From: Gemmatimonadota bacterium
Lineage (GTDB): Bacteria; Gemmatimonadota; Gemmatimonadetes; Palauibacterales; Palauibacteraceae
NCBI GenBank assembly: GCA_039588275.1
Contig: JBDHAC010000006.1
Location: forward strand, 58,807-122,806
DNA: 64,000 bases
Direction: 5' to 3'
Part shown: positions 58,467 through 64,000 of the stretch, one piece after another
Position numbering within the stretch: the stretch's first letter is position 1
Layout of the letters: each line of letters opens with the position of its first letter
Translations under genes and position numbers: made by a program
The notes under the pieces: generated by a model
Told to the model about the DNA's origin: nothing
Seen by the model: the letters and a program-made list of their open reading frames with translations, nothing else
Database searches by the model: none

Positions 58467-60128
58467 TCAATTCTCTACGTGCCGAGCGACCTGCTCCGAG
58501 AAGTGCTCGAGCAGGCTCTCGGTGATGAGCGGTGCGGCCATTCCCAGGCCGCAGGCGCTCGTCTCCTTCATCGTCCGGGACAGGTCCGCGACCTCCTCGG
58601 TCCAGCCGGCCAGATCGTCGGGTCCGCCGCTTTCGAGCCGCTCGACGAGGCGACGGGTGCCGATTCGACACGGGAAGCACTTTCCACACGATTCCTCGGC
58701 GAAGAACTCCATCGCCGTGCGCGCGACCTCGATCATGTCCCGCGAGTCATCGAACACCATTATCCCCCCGGCACCGAGGAACGATCCGTGCGCGCGGATA
58801 CCGGGCTCGTCGAGGGTCACCTCGAGCCCGTCACCGGCGAGAAACCCGCCCGACAGACCCGCCATCGTCACCGCCTGGATCGCCCGCCCCTCCGTCGGCC
58901 CGCCCGCCCAGTCGTACAGCAGGGTCCCGAGGGGGAGCCCCATCGGCACCTCGTAGTTGCCCGGACGCCGGATATCTCCGGAGAGGCTGATCACCTTTGT
59001 CCCGGCGTGCTCGCCGACGCCCAGCGCCCGGTACCATTCCGCTCCGTGACCCAGGATTGGAGGCACGGACACGAGCGTTTCCACGTTGTTGACCACGGTC
59101 GGGAGGTTCTCGTACCCGTGCGTGACGGGGAACGGCGGGCGATTGCGCGGGAAGGGGTGCGCGCCCTCGAGGCTGTTGAGGAGCGACGTCTCCTCGCCGC
59201 AGATGTACGCCCCCGCTCCGCGACGGAGGTAAACGCGGAACGACAGGCCGCGTCCGAGGATGTCGTCCCCCAGGAAGCCGGCCGCCTCTGCCTCGTCGAT
59301 AGCCCGCTGCAGCGTGCGCGCCGTGTCGGGGTACTCGTACCGAAGGTAGATGAACCCTCGCGTCGCGCCCGTGGCGTATGCTGCCAGGATCATCCCTTCC
59401 AGCACCGCGTGCGGGTCGTAGTCCATGATCGCCCGGTCCTTGAAGCAACCGGGCTCCCCTTCATCCGCGTTGCACACGATGGTCTTCGGACCACCCACGG
59501 CATCCGCCACCGCGCTCCATTTCCGCCCGGTCGGGAACCCGGCGCCGCCGCGGCCGGCCAAGCCGCTCTCGGATACGAGCTCGACGACCCGGGCCGGGGT
59601 CAGCTCGCCGAATGCGCGCTCGACGGCGTCGTAGCCGCCGGTCACCCGGTAACCGGCGATGCCGGCACGCCCCCGCGCGCGAATGTGACGGAATACGCAC
59701 TCCTCGATGCCTGCGGGGGGATCGGGCGGTAAAGGCGATCGGCCCGCAGCGGGCGCCGATCCGGGTCGCGCGATCAGGACCCGGTCCTTCTCGAGAACGG
59801 GCACGGGCTCATCGCAACGTCCCGGGCAGGGCATCGGTCGGGCGCCGTCCAACTCGGCCAGCAGCGCCGAGGCACCGCGAAAATGGCAGACCGGCCCCGT
59901 GCAGACGCGCGGTGCGCCGCGCCCACCGGGCTCGCGCGACAGGTGGTGATAGAACGTCACCGTCCCGAACAAATCGGCGATGGGGATGCGCAACTCTCGC
60001 GAGATCTCGTTGAGCGCGGGCTCGGAAAGATATCCATCGCGCTCGTGGAAGGCGTGCAGGAGGGGGAGCAGGGGAGCCGGCTCTCCACGCCACGCGTCGA
60101 AAAGCTCCTGATCCGACGGAGCGCTCAT
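58467..60128 (-). CDS. NuoE-NuoF fused diaphorase subunit of NAD-linked FDH
   Basis: CTGPVC..CPGRC 2Fe-2S, GRGGAGFPTG, NADEGEPG, YICGEET, ESCGKCFPCR..C. Confidence 0.92.
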   Translation of the reverse strand: MSAPSDQELFDAWRGEPAPLLPLLHAFHERDGYLSEPALNEISRELRIPIADLFGTVTFYHHLSREPGGRGAPRVCTGPVCHFRGASALLAELDGARPMPCPGRCDEPVPVLEKDRVLIARPGSAPAAGRSPLPPDPPAGIEECVFRHIRARGRAGIAGYRVTGGYDAVERAFGELTPARVVELVSESGLAGRGGAGFPTGRKWSAVADAVGGPKTIVCNADEGEPGCFKDRAIMDYDPHAVLEGMILAAYATGATRGFIYLRYEYPDTARTLQRAIDEAEAAGFLGDDILGRGLSFRVYLRRGAGAYICGEETSLLNSLEGAHPFPRNRPPFPVTHGYENLPTVVNNVETLVSVPPILGHGAEWYRALGVGEHAGTKVISLSGDIRRPGNYEVPMGLPLGTLLYDWAGGPTEGRAIQAVTMAGLSGGFLAGDGLEVTLDEPGIRAHGSFLGAGGIMVFDDSRDMIEVARTAMEFFAEESCGKCFPCRIGTRRLVERLESGGPDDLAGWTEEVADLSRTMKETSACGLGMAAPLITESLLEHFSEQVARHVEN

Positions 60129-60319
60129 CCGGGTTCCTCCACGGCTTAGCAGGCCGTTTGTCAGCGGCCTGCTTGACCGGCCTGCCGGGGCGGGATCATC
60201 GGGTGCCCCGGCGCTCTATCTCGCGAGGTTGAACACTAACCCGCCTTCGCTCGGAGCGGCAACGATGTAAGTTGCGCACATGCCGGCTCCTATTCGCGCC
60301 CTGCCACGCTGAAAGCGGG

Positions 60320-61177
60320 ATGATCTCTCCAAGGCGAAACATCGCGTCCGTCGACATCCGCCGGGTACGCGAGGGGCGGGACCAGTCCCGTCGTGACACG
60401 GTGGCCGTCGAGGAGCCAATGGAGATCCGAGTCGCCCTGCCCGAGGGGACGGATGTCGTCGAGCATTCGGTCTCGGTGACGATGCGGACGCCCGGCGACG
60501 ACTTCGAGCTCGCGGCGGGCTTCCTGTTCACCGAAGGAATCCTGTCGGACAGGAGTGAGGTGGCGGAGCTGCGCTACTGCACCGATGTCGAGCCGCAGGA
60601 ATACAACATCGTGACCGTCCGCCTGCGCGATCCCGAGTCGTTCGATCCCGCTCTCCTCACCCGGAACTTCTATACGACCTCGAGCTGCGGCGTGTGCGGG
60701 AAGGCCTCGTTGGAGGCCGTGGAGGTGCGAGGGTGCTCACCCTTGCCCGACGGGCGGCTGCGCGTCGAGCCCGAGACCCTGCGCGCCGTTCCCGAGGCGC
60801 TGCTGACGCGGCAGTCGGTGTTCGAACGAACCGGGGGAATCCACGCCGCCGGGCTGTTCGACGGGGACGGCGAGCTGGCTCTGCTGCGCGAAGACGTGGG
60901 GCGGCACAATGCAGTGGACAAAGTGATCGGGCACGCGTTCCTGGAGGAAGCCCTCCCGCTCGGCGCCCGCTTCCTCGCCGTGAGCGGTCGCTCCTCGTTC
61001 GAGATCATGCAAAAGGCGCTCGCGGCGGGGATCGCGATCGTGGTAGCCGTGGGCGCGCCATCCAGCCTCGCCGTGGATGTGGCGAAGCGGTTCAACATGA
61101 CCCTCGTCGGCTTCTCGAAGGCGAGCGGGTTCAACGTCTATGCAGGCGGTCAGCGGATCGCCGGCGGAGCCACCTGA
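60320..61177 (+). CDS. fdhD: Formate dehydrogenase accessory sulfurtransferase
   Basis: TMRTPG, SSCGVCG, TGGIHAA, EDVGRHNAVDK. Confidence 0.97.
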   Translation: MISPRRNIASVDIRRVREGRDQSRRDTVAVEEPMEIRVALPEGTDVVEHSVSVTMRTPGDDFELAAGFLFTEGILSDRSEVAELRYCTDVEPQEYNIVTVRLRDPESFDPALLTRNFYTTSSCGVCGKASLEAVEVRGCSPLPDGRLRVEPETLRAVPEALLTRQSVFERTGGIHAAGLFDGDGELALLREDVGRHNAVDKVIGHAFLEEALPLGARFLAVSGRSSFEIMQKALAAGIAIVVAVGAPSSLAVDVAKRFNMTLVGFSKASGFNVYAGGQRIAGGAT

Positions 61178-61251
61178 CGCCCTTGCAGGGGCGCCGGCCA
61201 GACCGGCGCCCCTCCGCGACGCATTGCTAGTCGAGCTGTGCCAGCTGCCTG

Positions 61252-61818
61252 CTAGAAGAGCTGCTGCTGCGGCACGGGCACGCCGTGCGCGTGGAAGTAA
61301 GGTACGAGCTGTCCACGCGTCCACATCGCGTGCTCGAGCGCGAACGTGCACACCCGCCACCGGGGCCGGGTGCCGCCGAAGAACGTCACCTCTTCAGCCA
61401 GCGACTCGGCGGAAAGCCCCTTCATACGCTCGATGATCCAATCGTACGCGCCGGCCACGGCGTCGGCCAAAGCCTGTTTGTCGGCCAGGATCACCTCCGG
61501 GTCGCCGAACGTTGGCGGTTGCTCGCCGAACATCGCGGTCGCCGCGAACAAGTTGTTGGCGGCGTGCACCACCTGTTCCCCGAAGTCGCGCACGTCCGGG
61601 TTGGGGGCCCACCGGAGGGCCGAGTCGGGGATCGCCAGGGCGATCGACACGTCCCAGGTCTTGAAACGCTCGAACGCGTTGACGAGGTACTCCTGCATCG
61701 CGCCCAACTGTGCCTCGTCAGCGGCGTCCTGAGCGACGGTCGGCCGAGGAGCCGTGCCGATCGTGGCGATCAGGGCAAGGAGACCGATACGTCCGAGTGT
61801 GCGGGAAAACGACATCAT
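61252..61818 (-). CDS. Exported DinB-family protein
   Basis: Signal peptide, W.P.P.VR.FGEQVVH, EH...RGQLV.Y. Confidence 0.8.
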   Translation of the reverse strand: MMSFSRTLGRIGLLALIATIGTAPRPTVAQDAADEAQLGAMQEYLVNAFERFKTWDVSIALAIPDSALRWAPNPDVRDFGEQVVHAANNLFAATAMFGEQPPTFGDPEVILADKQALADAVAGAYDWIIERMKGLSAESLAEEVTFFGGTRPRWRVCTFALEHAMWTRGQLVPYFHAHGVPVPQQQLF

Positions 61819-61906
61819 TCGTGCCTCCGTTCTCGTTGTGATCACTGTGTCCCGTCCGCTGCAGTCACGACGCGTCGTCGTCGCGCGTGCGCCGGAACCT
61901 CTTCGA

Positions 61907-62983
61907 CTACCTTTGAGCGCCGCCCGCCGCACTGACGGCGGGCCGTTCAGACTCGAGCCCGAGCTCCAGGCCGATCAGGCTGGCGGGATCCACGTTGTGC
62001 CCGCCCACATATGCCGACCAATGGAGGTGGGGGGCCGTGGAGCGACCCGTGGACCCGACCTGGCCGAGTAGTTGGCCGGGCTCGACCACGTCTCCCTCTC
62101 GCACCTCGAGCCGCGACAGGTGGAAGTACGCGGTCACGAGCCCGAGCCCGTGGTCCAGATACACCGCGTTGCCCTGATAGAAAAAATCACCTACCAGGGC
62201 GACGCGCGCGGCGGCCGGCGCTCGAACGGGCGTCCCCCTGCTCCCCCTCAGATCAAGTCCGAGGTGCCGGCTGCGGGTCGCGCCGTTGAACACTCGGCGC
62301 TGACCGAAGGGGCTCGTGAACTCGGGTGGTCGCGGCCATTGGAACGACTCGCGCGGCAGCCACTCCGGGCTCGTGGCGTTGAGCGCCGCCCGTATTCGCT
62401 CCTGGTCGTCGCGGATGCGCGCCTGCACTTCGGGCCGGTCCTCGCCACGGGGCGCGACCCTCAGCTGCGTGGATGCATACCGCCGGCCGCGAGCGAGGAC
62501 GACGAGCTCGTGAGGAGCGCCCCGCCTCCCGCCGCTGTACCGCGCCACCAGCTCGAGCGGGCCGGAGCTGTCGAGCGGGAGCGCCACGAGGCCGATCCAG
62601 CCGTCCTCGGTGCGGGCGAGGTTCACCTCGCGCCCCGCCAGCTGGATGCGCAACGACCCCGGCTCGTGCCCGCCGCCCCCTCGGACCCGGATCGCGAGTG
62701 CGGTTCCCTGTAGCGGTCTGAGCGGGCTCCACGTGATCCGGGGTCCGCTGAGGGGAAGTGGCGGCGGGGTGAGGGCGCGGGCGTGGAATGGTAGGGTCGC
62801 GACCGCCGAATGGGGCGAGCGCGCGGCGGCGACGCTCGAAGCCAGGTCGAGGGTGATAAGTGGAGGAGGGTCGGGGATCGCGAGCGCGCACCCGCCCAGC
62901 ATCGTGACCATGGCCATCGTCACCGCAGCCGAGCAGGCGAGTGAAGCAACACGCCCGTTGTCCCACCGTGGACACCCCCTCAA
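61907..62983 (-). CDS. M23 family metallopeptidase (possible lipoprotein; start uncertain)
   Basis: HLGLD, YFHLS, STAPHLHW; LGGC lipobox. Confidence 0.9.
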   Translation of the reverse strand: MRGCPRWDNGRVASLACSAAVTMAMVTMLGGCALAIPDPPPLITLDLASSVAAARSPHSAVATLPFHARALTPPPLPLSGPRITWSPLRPLQGTALAIRVRGGGGHEPGSLRIQLAGREVNLARTEDGWIGLVALPLDSSGPLELVARYSGGRRGAPHELVVLARGRRYASTQLRVAPRGEDRPEVQARIRDDQERIRAALNATSPEWLPRESFQWPRPPEFTSPFGQRRVFNGATRSRHLGLDLRGSRGTPVRAPAAARVALVGDFFYQGNAVYLDHGLGLVTAYFHLSRLEVREGDVVEPGQLLGQVGSTGRSTAPHLHWSAYVGGHNVDPASLIGLELGLESERPAVSAAGGAQR

Positions 62984-63043
62984 CCCGACGACCTCCTCTT
63001 TGCGGTTTGCTGCGGGTCCCAGCCGGACCCAGCTTCAGGCGCC

Positions 63044-64000
63044 ATGAACGAGCCTCGCTTGATTGCGCCCTTACCCCGGGAAGCCTCGGGAGATTCGCAC
63101 CCGGAACGCGCCGTCGCACCCCCCTCCGACCGAATCTCCGGGCGTCGCGGATCATCGACCCTACCGATGCTGGCCGCCTGTCTTCTGGTGGTGGCGTGCG
63201 CAGGCCGAGCCCCGGAATCCGGTGCGGCGGAGCAAGCGTTTCCGGAGCTCATCACCGCCCTCTCCGAGCCCGGCGGGTACTTCGACACGGACAATCTGAT
63301 CTCGAACGAGCGCTCGTATCTTCACGTCGTAACGGACCTCCGGGACGCCGGGGTCACCGGGGGAGCGTACGTTGGGGTCGGGCCCGAACAGAACTTCTCC
63401 TACATCGCGGCGATCGACCCCGAGGTCGCGTTCATCGTAGACATCCGGCGCGACAACGCACTGGAACATCTGATCTTCAAGGCGCTGTTCGCGGAGTCGA
63501 CCAACCGTTTCGAGTACGCGTGCCTCCTGTTCGGACGCCCGCTGCCGGCTGACCTCGAGGCCCGGACCGTCGCCACGATCGACGAGCTGGTCGCCTTCCT
63601 GGACGGGACCCCCGCTTCCCCGGCGTCGCGCCAGACTGCACGCGAGCGGGTGGATCGCGCGATCCGCGGCTTCGGACTCCAGCTGAATGATTCGGACTTC
63701 GACACGATCGACCGTTTCCACGGCGAGTTCATCGACGCCGGGCTGGACCTGCAGTTCCGCAGCTACGGGCGCTCTCCCCGCTTCTATTATCCGACGTACC
63801 GGGACCTGATGCTGGAGCGCGATCGGACCGGCCGACGAGTCAATTACCTTGCCTCCGAGACGCGATTCCAGAGACTTCGGGCCCTCCAGCGCGAGGACCG
63901 CATCATCCCGGTGATCGGGGATCTTGCCGGCGATCACGCGCTCCGGGCCATCGGCGAATACCTCTCGCGCCGTGGCTCGAGAGTGTCCGCTATCTACACG
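63044..64000 (+). CDS. Conserved hypothetical lipoprotein, partial (runs off window; start 63044 or 63167)
   Basis: Manual translation MLAACLLVVAC...LSEPGGYFDTDNLISNE..YVGVGPEQNFSYIA..DIRRDN; frame appears open to window end. Confidence 0.8.
   Translation, partial: MNEPRLIAPLPREASGDSHPERAVAPPSDRISGRRGSSTLPMLAACLLVVACAGRAPESGAAEQAFPELITALSEPGGYFDTDNLISNERSYLHVVTDLRDAGVTGGAYVGVGPEQNFSYIAAIDPEVAFIVDIRRDNALEHLIFKALFAESTNRFEYACLLFGRPLPADLEARTVATIDELVAFLDGTPASPASRQTARERVDRAIRGFGLQLNDSDFDTIDRFHGEFIDAGLDLQFRSYGRSPRFYYPTYRDLMLERDRTGRRVNYLASETRFQRLRALQREDRIIPVIGDLAGDHALRAIGEYLSRRGSRVSAIYT

Overview
High-GC (roughly 68% by eye) bacterial chromosomal segment; gene content and protein style suggest Gemmatimonadota (inference). 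It spans the replication origin region: dnaN-oriC-dnaA <> rpmH-rnpA-yidD-yidC, mnmE, mnmG, pyrF, two parS sites and a parA-parB-M23-bactofilin operon. Flanking genes are mostly housekeeping or metabolic: gcvH/gcvPA, dapF, mutY, sdhCAB, a 2-oxoacid dehydrogenase E1a/E1b/E2 set, ygfZ, an aconitase-family fusion, and a selenocysteine formate dehydrogenase with a NuoEF-like partner and fdhD. No rRNA, tRNA, CRISPR array or transposase was recognised. The most unusual signals are: (1) an unannotated ~250-nt structured transcription unit at ~3040-3298 carrying a perfect 16-nt complement of the 16S rRNA 3' end; (2) a LAGLIDADG-like gene whose start codon sits in a duplicated parS-containing repeat; (3) a viperin-like radical SAM enzyme; (4) a triple pseudo-receiver/HEAT/processive GT2 operon; (5) a recurring 27-bp IHF-like motif near the origin and a remote DnaA-box cluster; (6) catalytically degenerate Fpg and PIN homologues; (7) the Sec-recoded FDH that the ORF track splits in two. 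All family calls come from recalled motifs, not database searches.
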